A DNA stretch of 43,681 bases. Source: an uncultured virus (IMG/VR IMGVR_UViG_3300050188_000002). Its lineage: Duplodnaviria; Heunggongvirae; Uroviricota; Caudoviricetes. Position numbers and translations under genes: made by a program. Within the stretch, counting starts at the first letter, position 1. Every line of letters begins with the position of its first letter. Location: the IMG/VR virus record IMGVR_UViG_3300050188_000002. The stretch is one strand, 5' to 3'. This document shows, in pieces, positions 1 through 8,921 of the stretch. A model generated the notes under the pieces. It was not told the DNA's origin. It worked only from the letters and a program-made list of their open reading frames with translations, and did no database searches.

Positions 1-1
1 G

Positions 2-265
2 GGGCTTCCTAGGCTTGTAGGTGAAGGCACTATGGCTGCGTTTGCTCCCAATGTTTATATCGCCAAACTCGGCGTCGAGGGAGTCAAGAAGCTTATGGAT
101 GGTTCTCTGTGGTCTTCCGTTGGTGAGGCTGAATATAGTGGGGTTACTTATGTTGCTAAGGATTTCCGAAACCCAAAGATCGGTGAACTCTTTGTCAACA
201 AAAGCGGCGTCGTCGAGAAGGCCGACAAGGATGCTGAGATCGGACCACGTCTGATCGTTGGCTAA
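2..265 (+). CDS. 5'-truncated hypothetical protein with a C-terminal family A domain
   Basis: Frame is open from the window edge; ends ...FRNPKIGELF...GPRLIVG, matching the RxPKxGE...GxR(F/L)I pattern of other ORFs here. Confidence 0.65.
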   Translation, partial: GLPRLVGEGTMAAFAPNVYIAKLGVEGVKKLMDGSLWSSVGEAEYSGVTYVAKDFRNPKIGELFVNKSGVVEKADKDAEIGPRLIVG

Positions 266-309
266 ATCAAATCTTACAATCCATCTCGGAAACGGGTTGG
301 ATTGATTTT

Positions 310-588
310 ATGCATATCAACATTAACATTGGGGTTTTCCATCCTTCCCTTTGGAATAAGTTTGATGAGATAGTTGAGTTGTATTGGAATTCAACGTTTG
401 ATGACATTAAGAAGAAGTTTAACGTAGAGTTCGACGCCGATGGTTTTATTCCTAATGGTTGGAATGAGATCAAGTTAACATCAACTGAAGGTATACTTTT
501 CATATGGAAAGAGATTGAGTGGGACTTGAAGATTGATCTTGGAAACCATTTGACTAAACTCTTGGGTGGAATTAGGATAACAACATGA
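310..588 (+). CDS. hypothetical protein
   Basis: 92 aa ORF with an ATGA overlap into tilS. Confidence 0.6.
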   Translation: MHININIGVFHPSLWNKFDEIVELYWNSTFDDIKKKFNVEFDADGFIPNGWNEIKLTSTEGILFIWKEIEWDLKIDLGNHLTKLLGGIRITT

Positions 589-1250
589 ACAAGTACGAAC
601 GCGATATGATTCCCAGCGGATTGGGATATACGGTGGCTGTGTCTGGTGGCATTGACAGTATCGGCATCGCGCATTACTTGGCCACTGGAAAGAAATTACC
701 TATCAATGTTTGGCATTTCAATCACAAACTTCGACCACAGAATGATTTGATGGAAGACGCCGTTAGGAGGTTTTGTGTTGAGTTTAACATTCCATTGATT
801 GTAAATCGAAGAAAAGAAAGCGACACCAAGCCTGATGGTGAATCTTGTGAATCATTTTATAGAGATCTACGCTTGAAAGAGATGTATAAGATTACAAATC
901 ATATCATCTTGGGACACCATTTGAATGATTGTGTTGAGAGTCATATTTTAAACTTCTTGAATGGCAAAGAGATGTATGCTCCTATGCCTGTGTATACTCC
1001 ATTGAGTGAGCATGGAAGTATCATAAGACCATTCCTATTGGTGACTAAGCGTGATATCTTGGATCATTGTCGTAGGTTTGATTTGGAACGTTTTGTAGTT
1101 GCGGATGAAACGAACGCATGTGTAGATATGCGTCGAAATTGGGTTAGACATGATTTAATTCCGACGATTGAGACGAAGTATCCTGGGTTGGAAACCATTG
1201 TGAAAAAGAAAGTCAGACAAGCTTACGACAACCATTACTTAAGGATATAA
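585..1250 (+). CDS. tilS: tRNA(Ile)-lysidine synthetase, minimal catalytic domain
   Basis: PP-loop AVSGGIDS, HFNHKLR, GHHLNDCVE, IIRPFL, DETN, RNWVRHDLIP; AGGA RBS. Confidence 0.92.
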   Translation: MNKYERDMIPSGLGYTVAVSGGIDSIGIAHYLATGKKLPINVWHFNHKLRPQNDLMEDAVRRFCVEFNIPLIVNRRKESDTKPDGESCESFYRDLRLKEMYKITNHIILGHHLNDCVESHILNFLNGKEMYAPMPVYTPLSEHGSIIRPFLLVTKRDILDHCRRFDLERFVVADETNACVDMRRNWVRHDLIPTIETKYPGLETIVKKKVRQAYDNHYLRI

Positions 1251-1251
1251 C

Positions 1252-1479
1252 ATGTTTCTAGAGATGCTTAATAGTGTGGTTGGACTTTTCGGGTATAAGG
1301 TGATTCCGAATTTTGTTCCAACTGTCACTCCGGAAACGCTTGAATTCGAGATGGTTACCTACGCAGCCAATCGCAATCAAGTCAAGCCTGTGTCAGAGAT
1401 CCAAGAGTATGATGATAGAAGAATTGCATATCAATGCTCAATGCCGGAGTTAGGTCATTACATTGTATCAATCGTGTAA
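1252..1479 (+). CDS. hypothetical protein, possibly continuing in the -1 frame to 1559
   Basis: Starts 1 nt after the tilS stop with an AAGGA RBS; the -1 frame stays open to TAA at 1557-1559. Confidence 0.55.
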   Translation: MFLEMLNSVVGLFGYKVIPNFVPTVTPETLEFEMVTYAANRNQVKPVSEIQEYDDRRIAYQCSMPELGHYIVSIV

Positions 1480-1638
1480 TAACTTTAACAGAGAGAGTAA
1501 AATCACCAGAAGTACAAGCGGTTAAGTCAATCAAGTTCGACATTCCAATGTTTTGGTAATCATCATTCATTTGTGATGTTTAAAAGAAATCCACCCAAAG
1601 TCCAAGGTGGTGTATTTGGCGAAGAGGATTAGTAGTTT

Positions 1639-1933
1639 AAGGTCATTCCGTATACAATCCCGTAATACCCAATACATACTCATACTTCGGTATGAGTATG
1701 TAACTAAGTAATCCGGTACGTGTCGGTCATACTTCAACGAAAATCCTTGTCGGTGAGAATAGCCGACATTGTGGTTCCAGCCGGATAAGGATGGATGTAA
1801 GTGGTTGCTATTCTGCAACCTTCCACGTGGAGTCATTGGTATAAGTACCGTGTGAGGAGGCGCCTCTTAACATGGGAAGGTGTGCATACAGTTCTAAAGA
1901 CTGTAGAACCGGTTCGAATCCGGTATGACTTTA
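1639..1933 (+). ncRNA. candidate ~295 nt structured RNA with a tRNA-like 3' end
   Basis: T-arm ACCGG-TTCGAAT-CCGGT (1908-1924) next to ATGACTTT (1925-1932), which pairs with AAGGTCAT (1639-1646); 13-bp cUUCGg hairpin at 1673-1702; several more helices; no convincing ORF. Confidence 0.55.
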
Positions 1934-1948
1934 TTAGAAAGGTTCAAT

Positions 1949-2243
1949 ATGTCGAGAGTAATAATTCAAAACAATCAATCTAGAAATCGTCGCATAACTC
2001 TTCTGATTCCAAACGGTTATAAACTGTTTTCTAAGAAGCCTTTTAGTTTATCTGAGTTTGATGGATTAGACCAACCAGGTAAAGCACTTCTTAGTTCAAG
2101 AACAATTACAATAGGGCCCGGGTTCTTTGGTGACGAAAAACCATGTCATCCGCGCTGTTCTAACACCTAGGGAACTGGTATCATGTGAACTGTCAACGCA
2201 TGATATAATTGGACGTAAGAGATTTGTAATCATTCCTACTTAA
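1949..2243 (+). pseudogene. family A paralog with a +1 frameshift
   Basis: MSRVIIQNNQSRN..IPNGYKL; the family C-terminus (IIGRKRFVI) is in the +1 frame, probably after the A5 run at 2136-2140. Confidence 0.65.
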
Positions 2244-2253
2244 GGAGAACCAT

Positions 2254-2610
2254 ATGTTATACACTTACGATGAATCTAAGCTCATGTTGCAAAACGCGTA
2301 TCTGACTCAGATCGGACGCCTTGCTGAAGGTACTTCTCCTAAGAAGGAAGACATCGAATCCTGTCAGAAACTTGGTTGCATGTTCCTACAAAAGCAGATG
2401 GAGATGATGACAAAGCGTCAGCAAATTGCCGCTTTGAGTTCAGTTTTACAACGGCTCCATGAAGAACTCAAATCTGATGCCGGGTATGTTGCCGCGGTGT
2501 TTGTTGATCTGGGGGTTACAGGTTGTTCTACTGCGAACAACATGGAGTATTTGGAAGCTCTCAAAGACAAGAATGAAATCCTCCTCGAAGCCTATAAGGA
2601 ATTCCTATGA
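2254..2610 (+). CDS. hypothetical protein
   Basis: AAGGAG RBS, 118 aa. Confidence 0.75.
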   Translation: MLYTYDESKLMLQNAYLTQIGRLAEGTSPKKEDIESCQKLGCMFLQKQMEMMTKRQQIAALSSVLQRLHEELKSDAGYVAAVFVDLGVTGCSTANNMEYLEALKDKNEILLEAYKEFL

Positions 2611-2888
2611 AAATCGAAATCGCTGGTAAGAAAATAAGTTTCTGTCGCAAGTTGGCCTCAGAATTTTCTGGTGAAAATCGTGGTGATATGATCGGAACCG
2701 CAAGGTCTGATTTGATTGTGGGTCAGAGATTCTTTACTTCTGGTCCTTCTTTGACTCCGGGTATGGATGAGAGACAGATTTTGACGTCCATTGTCACAGC
2801 CATTAAAGAGATGGAAACCGAAGGACACTATCAAGCCGTGACCGAGTCTGGATCTCTTTATGAGATTAAAGTCATAAAGGAGTCATAA
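2607..2888 (+). CDS. hypothetical phage protein
   Basis: ATGA overlap and AAGGA RBS; C-terminal TS.V...TESGSLY motif. Confidence 0.7.
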   Translation: MKIEIAGKKISFCRKLASEFSGENRGDMIGTARSDLIVGQRFFTSGPSLTPGMDERQILTSIVTAIKEMETEGHYQAVTESGSLYEIKVIKES

Positions 2889-3311
2889 ATGGAACTTCTG
2901 ATTGATTACAAGGTTTGGACTAAAAATGATTATTTGACCATTGAAATTAAAAGAATGAGTCAGCATTTTGCTGGTGTTACATCGGTTGTTATGAATGAGA
3001 TGTTAGCTAATACTTTTGATGTTACTGAAAGAGCGGAGCGTACTAGAGTGATGTGAACCGGTGTATGTTCTGTCACATATTTTGCTCTGGTATGTAAAAA
3101 TGAAGCGAAGTATCAAATGCTTTACTTGCCTGGTATAAGTGATTGTTTACGTCCTCTATCAACAATGAGTCAAAAAAGAGTACTGTCGTATACGGTACAA
3201 GAATATCGTGATGGTATTTTTGAATTCTTTAATAGATACAATAACGGTAGATACAAGTATATCACTCAAAGAATCACAAACAAGGGTGTCCAAATTTTCG
3301 GATACAACTAA
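2889..3311 (+). pseudogene. family B paralog with an in-frame TGA
   Basis: AAGGAG RBS; MELLIDYKVW...RVM*TGVC...ITNKGVQIFGYN in one frame with TGA at 3054-3056; termini match family B. Confidence 0.65.
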
Positions 3312-3345
3312 AATAAACTTCTTCCCTCCTGTTCCAAGGAATATC

Positions 3346-4452
3346 ATGAACTTCATTCAGACCGGTAACGTTTTCTCTCCAGCTTCCGAAGGTTCTGTGC
3401 AAGTGCATAAGAAACTTCCTGTCGCCAACTACAAGGCGATTATGACTATGGCTGGGCCAATCCTCCAACAGGCGGAATTGGAATACAAGATTCCCAAGAA
3501 GTTGTACGGAAATGTAATTGCTCGTGCTGAACGTGTCATCACTGCCTATATGGCTGATGAAACGAAGAATCTTGGAGCCGCATTCGTCGGCCTCAAGGGT
3601 CAAGGCAAGACCATGCTGATTGCTTACATCGGCGCCAAGTGCCTCGAACTTGGTATTCCGGTAGTCAACGTCATCTCTGCTGATGATGTGACTCCTACCA
3701 TCAAACTCATCACCAGCATCAGAGGTCGCTGTGTTGTGGTGTTTGATGAGTTTGAAAAGACTGTCAATGAGAAGAATCAGGTTGAACTCCTGTCTCTTCT
3801 AGATGGCATTGGTGTCCAGAACAAGTTGTATTTGTTCTCTGCGAACAACGAAGGTAACATCAACGACTTCATCAAGTCGCGTCCAGGTCGAGTTCGTTAC
3901 TGGTTCCGTTACGCGAAGATCGATGAAGATGTGGTCAGAGAGTATCTTACCGACCACGTGGATGAGAAATTTGTTGATGAACTTTCTCCCAAGGTTTCTC
4001 AGATTACCGATCTGAGTTTTGATATCTTGAAGGCAATATGTGAGGAGGTTAAGATGTTTGGAGATTCTGGAATCCCAATGTCCGAACTCTTGGAATGTCT
4101 GAACATTGCACAGGAACGCACCAGGGATTACTATACCGTCAATGTGTACAACCTTGAAGGTACTCTTATTGCTTCTAGAGACTTGTGGTCTGAGCCTTTC
4201 CACTTCTGTGATAGTATTGAAGTTAAGCCTGAGTTTGTGAAGAAGTATACAATCCAATGGATCAATATTGATACTAACAGGACTGGTAAGTCCACACACA
4301 TCAGAACTTCTGGTATCAAGAATCCTGCTTTCAATTCGAAGATTGTATATACCAATAAGCAGGAATCTAAAACCTTTACCGAAGATGTTATTGTCCGCTT
4401 TGAGCCAAAGATTTTTGGTGAGCGCGCGAAGTGGTCTGATGACGTTGTCTGA
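3346..4452 (+). CDS. AAA+ ATPase
   Basis: Walker A GLKGQGKT, Walker B VVFDEFEK, LLSLLDG, SRPGR arginine finger; start moved to ATG 3346 behind AAGGA. Confidence 0.9.
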   Translation: MNFIQTGNVFSPASEGSVQVHKKLPVANYKAIMTMAGPILQQAELEYKIPKKLYGNVIARAERVITAYMADETKNLGAAFVGLKGQGKTMLIAYIGAKCLELGIPVVNVISADDVTPTIKLITSIRGRCVVVFDEFEKTVNEKNQVELLSLLDGIGVQNKLYLFSANNEGNINDFIKSRPGRVRYWFRYAKIDEDVVREYLTDHVDEKFVDELSPKVSQITDLSFDILKAICEEVKMFGDSGIPMSELLECLNIAQERTRDYYTVNVYNLEGTLIASRDLWSEPFHFCDSIEVKPEFVKKYTIQWINIDTNRTGKSTHIRTSGIKNPAFNSKIVYTNKQESKTFTEDVIVRFEPKIFGERAKWSDDVV

Positions 4453-4458
4453 AATAAG

Positions 4459-4642
4459 TCACTAAAGGGTAACCCCTGAGTGATACGTTCAGATCCGATC
4501 CGTTCCACCCCTCAAGGTGGTGTGTCCAAAATCTCTGACGCGTAAACCCGAGTAATGTATGACACCTTACCGACCGGTACCTACCGGCATGGAACCCGCA
4601 AGGGCGAACGTGTCTAAATAATATTATACATTATTTTAGACA
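4459..4642 (+). ncRNA. candidate structured intergenic RNA or cis-element
   Basis: Nested helices TACGTTC/GAACGTG, GTTCCA/TGGAAC, AAGGTG/CACCTT, CCGGT/ACCGG, CCC-GCAA-GGG, with flanking hairpins. Confidence 0.45.
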
Positions 4643-4691
4643 TGGTAATTTGGGTACAAATAAAAACGTTATACAGCACATGGAACTTGTG

Positions 4692-4720
4692 TTGACACAA
4701 ACTATTCATCGTTGTAAAAT
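4692..4720 (+). promoter_or_regulatory. sigma70-type promoter upstream of tRNA-Leu
   Basis: TTGACA (4692-4697), 17 nt spacer, TAAAAT (4715-4720). Confidence 0.8.
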
Positions 4721-4783
4721 AGTTAAGACCTCTCTATCCTACTGAGTGTCACAATGTAGACAAAACATGTTGGAGAGGTTGAT

Positions 4784-4865
4784 GCTCCTCTGGCGTAATT
4801 GGCAGCCGCGGCAGATTCAAAATCTGCTCCCGCAAGGGGTCCCGGTTCAAGTCCGGGGAGGAGCA
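4784..4865 (+). tRNA. tRNA-Leu(CAA), CCA not encoded
   Basis: Acceptor GCTCCTC/GAGGAGC, anticodon arm GCAGA-TTCAAAA-TCTGC, long variable arm, T-arm CCCGG-TTCAAGT-CCGGG, discriminator A followed by CTA. Confidence 0.95.
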
Positions 4866-4888
4866 CTACATCACTTATAAGGGATGAT

Positions 4889-5176
4889 ATGAAAGAAATT
4901 TTAGTAAACAATAACAGCACGAAGAATGTTTTGTTCATGATTAGACTTATGGATGATTATGAATTGGTTTCTACAACACCACGTGTTCCTAACGTCGAAG
5001 AAGAATTCGCGCAAAGTAATAATCATAAATCAAAAATCTTTGGTATAATTGACAGGCAGTGGGCCAACCCGATCTGTAATGGTATTACTCATATTCCGAA
5101 TGAATTATCTCCAGAAGAGTTTTTAGAAAAGCATGACATAATTGGCTTAAAACGCTGGATTGTGAGGCGCGTATGA
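4889..5176 (+). CDS. family A paralog
   Basis: MKEILVNNNSTKN...PRVPNVEE...IIGLKRWIV; start reset to the ATG after the tRNA. Confidence 0.75.
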   Translation: MKEILVNNNSTKNVLFMIRLMDDYELVSTTPRVPNVEEEFAQSNNHKSKIFGIIDRQWANPICNGITHIPNELSPEEFLEKHDIIGLKRWIVRRV

Positions 5177-5424
5177 AAACTGTCATAGTAAAGAATAACC
5201 ATACAAGAAATAAAACGTGTAGTATCGTATATGAAGAAAGTAAGTTTGACTTGTGCTTGATTCCCAGGAAACCAAAGTATATGGATTTCTACGTCATGGC
5301 CGGTGGTATTACAGGGAAGGGCGAAAAAGCAGTATGTTTGTTTGGTGGGGTAGGAAGGTTCGATGACCAATTCCTAAGTTCCAGCGCATTGGGGTCGAAG
5401 AGATTCATTCTTAAACCAAAATAA
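5173..5424 (+). CDS. family A paralog
   Basis: MKTVIVKNNHTRN...PRKPK...LGSKRFIL. Confidence 0.75.
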   Translation: MKTVIVKNNHTRNKTCSIVYEESKFDLCLIPRKPKYMDFYVMAGGITGKGEKAVCLFGGVGRFDDQFLSSSALGSKRFILKPK

Positions 5425-5426
5425 TT

Positions 5427-5723
5427 ATGGAATTATATAACCCTGATACGGATTACACAGTTGTAACCGTGTGTAACAACTACACTAAAAACAAAAAGAT
5501 CACAATTCGTATTCCAAAAGGGGATGAGTTAGTGTCCACTATACCAACCAAATTCGTAGCTGGTAGGCTGTTTTTGAAAGCGTCTAGTATTGATACGATG
5601 GGGGTTCCTTCTTATAGAACATCTACATACGATGTATTATTTTCATCCCCACCTATGTTTCCAAATAAGTATCTCGGGTTTAACCGTTTTGAAATAAGGG
5701 CGATAAAATGTACATCGAAATAA
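5427..5723 (+). CDS. family A paralog
   Basis: VCNNYTKNKKITIRIPKGDEL...LGFNRFEI. Confidence 0.72.
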   Translation: MELYNPDTDYTVVTVCNNYTKNKKITIRIPKGDELVSTIPTKFVAGRLFLKASSIDTMGVPSYRTSTYDVLFSSPPMFPNKYLGFNRFEIRAIKCTSK

Positions 5724-5732
5724 TACGAATAA

Positions 5733-6182
5733 TTGACTGGCCTAATCCAGTTGTCCCAAAAGAAAACTTCAACCAAACTTGTGGAATCTGATAAAATGAG
5801 AATGTATAACAATAATTTTAATGATGTTAATGTGCAAAACGATGACGCTTGGTTGTTCCAAACAAAGATCGGAGACTACGGATTCTGCTTCGCAACCAAT
5901 GATGGCCGCATAAGTGTTGCTCGTTGCATCCAACCTGACCAAGTTGTACATGACTATGGTCACTACGTAATGTCTGACGCAGAGATCGCACTCTTCGGTC
6001 AACACCCGAAAGCCCGTGTTACCGATGATATTGAACCTGAGTTGCAGAAGATTGCAAAAGGGTTCAAAGAACTATGCATCAAGATTCTTGTTGAAAGTCG
6101 TGTGATATGGCTCCGTAAAGACGGTATTATTATCAATAAGATTCCAATTGCTAAAACCTTTCATAAAGGAAAATGGCAATGA
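5733..6182 (+). CDS. hypothetical protein, start uncertain
   Basis: 149 aa ORF filling the gap; TTG start without a clear RBS. Confidence 0.6.
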   Translation: MTGLIQLSQKKTSTKLVESDKMRMYNNNFNDVNVQNDDAWLFQTKIGDYGFCFATNDGRISVARCIQPDQVVHDYGHYVMSDAEIALFGQHPKARVTDDIEPELQKIAKGFKELCIKILVESRVIWLRKDGIIINKIPIAKTFHKGKWQ

Positions 6183-6532
6183 TTACCCCAGGTACTATAG
6201 GGATAGGGGTTTTATCAGTCCCCCTTTTAGGATACCAGTATAAAGGAAATGGTAGTCGTGGGGCTCTGGTTGGATTTAGAATTCCACGGTTTTATGTTCT
6301 AGATTGCCATCACCCTAGGATTCCTAAGGTCGGAGAATTATACCTCGCTGCTTATTATTCTGAGGTTAGTGGGGTTGATAACAACGGTAAGACTATAGCC
6401 CAAGTTATTTTTAGTATCGACACCGAAGGCCAAACTTCAGAAAAACCTTTCCTAGGACGTCGTCGCTTCATTGTGAAGTTGGACAAAACAGGAATGATAC
6501 CTCCTGTCCCATCCAATTGGATGAAAGGCTAA
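6173..6532 (+). CDS. family A paralog
   Basis: RIPRFYVL...PRIPKVGELYL...FLGRRRFIV; AAAGGA RBS. Confidence 0.75.
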   Translation: MAMITPGTIGIGVLSVPLLGYQYKGNGSRGALVGFRIPRFYVLDCHHPRIPKVGELYLAAYYSEVSGVDNNGKTIAQVIFSIDTEGQTSEKPFLGRRRFIVKLDKTGMIPPVPSNWMKG

Positions 6533-6533
6533 G

Positions 6534-7397
6534 ATGACTTATAACTTTATCAATCTTCGTGATACGTATAAAATCGCCTCGTGGCAATATCCTGGTGGTG
6601 AACGCGGTGTCAGAATCAATCCTGCACTTCAGTTCAAAAATGATGGGTGTGATGTTCTGGTTGCCAGACTTCAAAAATCTGATGATGTGATGGATCTGCT
6701 TCTGACAGTCGATGCTCTGAAGCGCGGTGTTGGATTCTGTCCGAGAACTGCTGGTCTCATCATTCCATATTTGCCTTACGCGCGTCAAGATCGCGTTGCA
6801 GATGGTGGAGATCCACATGCTCTCAAAGTGTTTGCAAACCTGATTGACAGTCTCGGCTTCGGGTCTGTCATGTGTGTTGATGCACACTCCAGCGTTGGAC
6901 AAGGATGTTTCAATAATTCAGTGTTGAACAACTACGTTCCAGAAAAGGAAATAAGTCAGTTTTTCGACAAGGTTGGAGCCAGTGGTCGCAATAAAGTTGT
7001 ACTCGTCAGTCCAGACCAAGGGGCAACTAAGAAGGTTGAATACTATGCATCCAAGTGGCATATGCCTATGATTCATGCGTACAAGAAACGCGATCCTGCG
7101 ACCGGCAAACTTGGAGGCTTTGGTCTCATGCCCGGCAGTGAGATAGAAAAGTTCGACGCCAATGCCCATTACATCATCGTTGACGACATTTGTGATGGTG
7201 GTGGTACGTTCATTGGTCTTGCGGATGTGATGCGTCCTTTGATGCCTGCCACAGCGAAGTTGAGTTTGTTTACAACTCACGGCATCTACAGCAAGGGTTT
7301 GGATGCATTGAACGCTAAGTTCAACCATATTGGATGTACTAACTCTTACAACAGCGTTCGTGACTCCAATCTGATCGAAGTCAAACTTCCATTCTGA
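6534..7397 (+). CDS. prs: ribose-phosphate pyrophosphokinase-like protein, probable ADPR-PP synthetase (Adps) of NARP1
   Basis: YPGGE, IPYLPYARQDR, DAHS, SPDQGA, VDDICDGGGTF, THGIYS motifs; adjacent to nadV. Confidence 0.92.
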   Translation: MTYNFINLRDTYKIASWQYPGGERGVRINPALQFKNDGCDVLVARLQKSDDVMDLLLTVDALKRGVGFCPRTAGLIIPYLPYARQDRVADGGDPHALKVFANLIDSLGFGSVMCVDAHSSVGQGCFNNSVLNNYVPEKEISQFFDKVGASGRNKVVLVSPDQGATKKVEYYASKWHMPMIHAYKKRDPATGKLGGFGLMPGSEIEKFDANAHYIIVDDICDGGGTFIGLADVMRPLMPATAKLSLFTTHGIYSKGLDALNAKFNHIGCTNSYNSVRDSNLIEVKLPF

Positions 7398-7445
7398 TTT
7401 ACTGTTCAACAAACTTTCCATTTTTCGCTCTTCAAAAGGTTTCTC

Positions 7446-8921
7446 ATGTTTCCTTCTCTCTTTGCTGCTACTCTCACTGATGGTTACAAAACCGGTCACC
7501 GTGAACAATATCCAGATGGTACTACTATGATTCATTCCAATATGACTCCAAGGATGTCTCGCACTGGAATTGAACATGTTGTAGTGTTTGGCCTTCAATA
7601 TGCAGCAAAGCAATATCTGATCAACACTTTTAACAAGACGTTCTTTGAGATTTCTGAAGATGTGGTTGTTGCAAAGTACAAGAGACGCCTTGATAATTAT
7701 CTTGGAGTTGATGTCAGCGCTGATCATATTCGTGCTTTGCATAAACTTGGGTTCTTGCCTGTGAGGATCAAAGCAATGCCTGAAGGCTCGATTGTTCCTC
7801 TTCAGTGTCCGATTTTCACAATTGAAAATACGCTTCCTGATTTTTTCTGGGTGACCAATTTCTTGGAAACTCTGCTTTCTACAACTATTTGGAATATGTG
7901 TACCGCCGCTACTACGGCACATGAATATCGCAAGGTATTTGATGCATATGCTAAAATGACCGGTTCGCCTCTAGAGTTCTGCCCTTGGCAAGGCCACAAT
8001 TTCTCCTATAGAGGGTGTAGTGGTGTTGAATCTGCGATGATGGTGGATGCCGGCCATTTGCTCAGTTTCACTGGAACTGACACCATTCCAGGGATTGACT
8101 TTGTGGAAGAATTTTACAAAGCAGACTGCACCAAAGAATTGATTGGTGGTTCGGTTTATGCAACTGAACACGCAGTGATGGCTGCTGGTGGTGAAAAGGA
8201 TGAACGATCAACGTATCATCGCCTGATTACCAAGGTGTACCCGAAGGGTATTGTGTCAATTGTTTCTGATACTTGGGACTTCTGGAATACTGTTACTAGT
8301 ATTATTCCTTCCCTTAAAAAGGAAATTATTGAGCGTGATGGTAAGGTTGTGATTCGTCCTGATTCTGGAGATCCTGTACTGATAGTTGTTGGAGACCATT
8401 CGGCTCCTGAAGGATCTCCAGAACACAAGGGGTTGATTGAGTGCTTGTGGGAAACGTTTGGTGGCACTGTGAATGAAAAGGGATTCAAAGTCCTTGACCC
8501 GCATATCGGTGCTATCTATGGTGACTCTATCACTCTTGACCGGCAAGAAAGTATCCTTTGCGGCCTTGCTGAAAAAGGATTTGCTTCGTGCAATATCGTT
8601 CTTGGTATCGGTTCGTACACATATCAGTATGTTACTCGCGATACTTACGGTTTTGCTGTGAAGGCCACGTATGCCGAAGTTGCTGGTGAAGGTCGCGAGA
8701 TCTACAAGAATCCGAAGACTGACAGCAAAAAGAAGTCGCATCGCGGTCTCTTGATGGTTGTCAAGAATGGCAACTCGTATGCTCCTAAATTCCCTGTTAC
8801 CAGAGCAGAAGAACAGAGTTCAGACAATTGCCTTGAAGTGGTGTTTGAAAATGGCAAGTTGATCAAGGATCAATCCCTTGCTGAAATTCGAGCCCATCTT
8901 GAGGAGCACAGAAACAGATGA
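7446..8921 (+). CDS. nadV: nicotinamide phosphoribosyltransferase-like protein, probable Namat of NARP1
   Basis: TDGYKTGH, HNFSYRG, ATEHAVM, SIVSDTWDF, VIRPDSGDP, IYGDSIT, GIGSYTYQ, TRDTYGFAVKAT. Confidence 0.95.
   Translation: MFPSLFAATLTDGYKTGHREQYPDGTTMIHSNMTPRMSRTGIEHVVVFGLQYAAKQYLINTFNKTFFEISEDVVVAKYKRRLDNYLGVDVSADHIRALHKLGFLPVRIKAMPEGSIVPLQCPIFTIENTLPDFFWVTNFLETLLSTTIWNMCTAATTAHEYRKVFDAYAKMTGSPLEFCPWQGHNFSYRGCSGVESAMMVDAGHLLSFTGTDTIPGIDFVEEFYKADCTKELIGGSVYATEHAVMAAGGEKDERSTYHRLITKVYPKGIVSIVSDTWDFWNTVTSIIPSLKKEIIERDGKVVIRPDSGDPVLIVVGDHSAPEGSPEHKGLIECLWETFGGTVNEKGFKVLDPHIGAIYGDSITLDRQESILCGLAEKGFASCNIVLGIGSYTYQYVTRDTYGFAVKATYAEVAGEGREIYKNPKTDSKKKSHRGLLMVVKNGNSYAPKFPVTRAEEQSSDNCLEVVFENGKLIKDQSLAEIRAHLEEHRNR

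Noticed and set aside
1887..1905. Amber suppressor tRNA (TTCTAAA loop)
   Set aside because: The stem register does not give a 7-nt loop centred on CTA, and the hairpin sits in the variable-arm position 2 nt from the T-arm.
1590..1933. Canonical tmRNA, RNase P RNA or group I intron
   Set aside because: No GGGG 5' end, tag ORF, GAGGAAAGTCC motif or group I core was found; kept only as an unclassified RNA.
4799..4888. N-terminal extension of ORF 4799-5176 and minus ORF 4723-4938
   Set aside because: Both overlap the tRNA-Leu gene; the likely start is ATG 4889.
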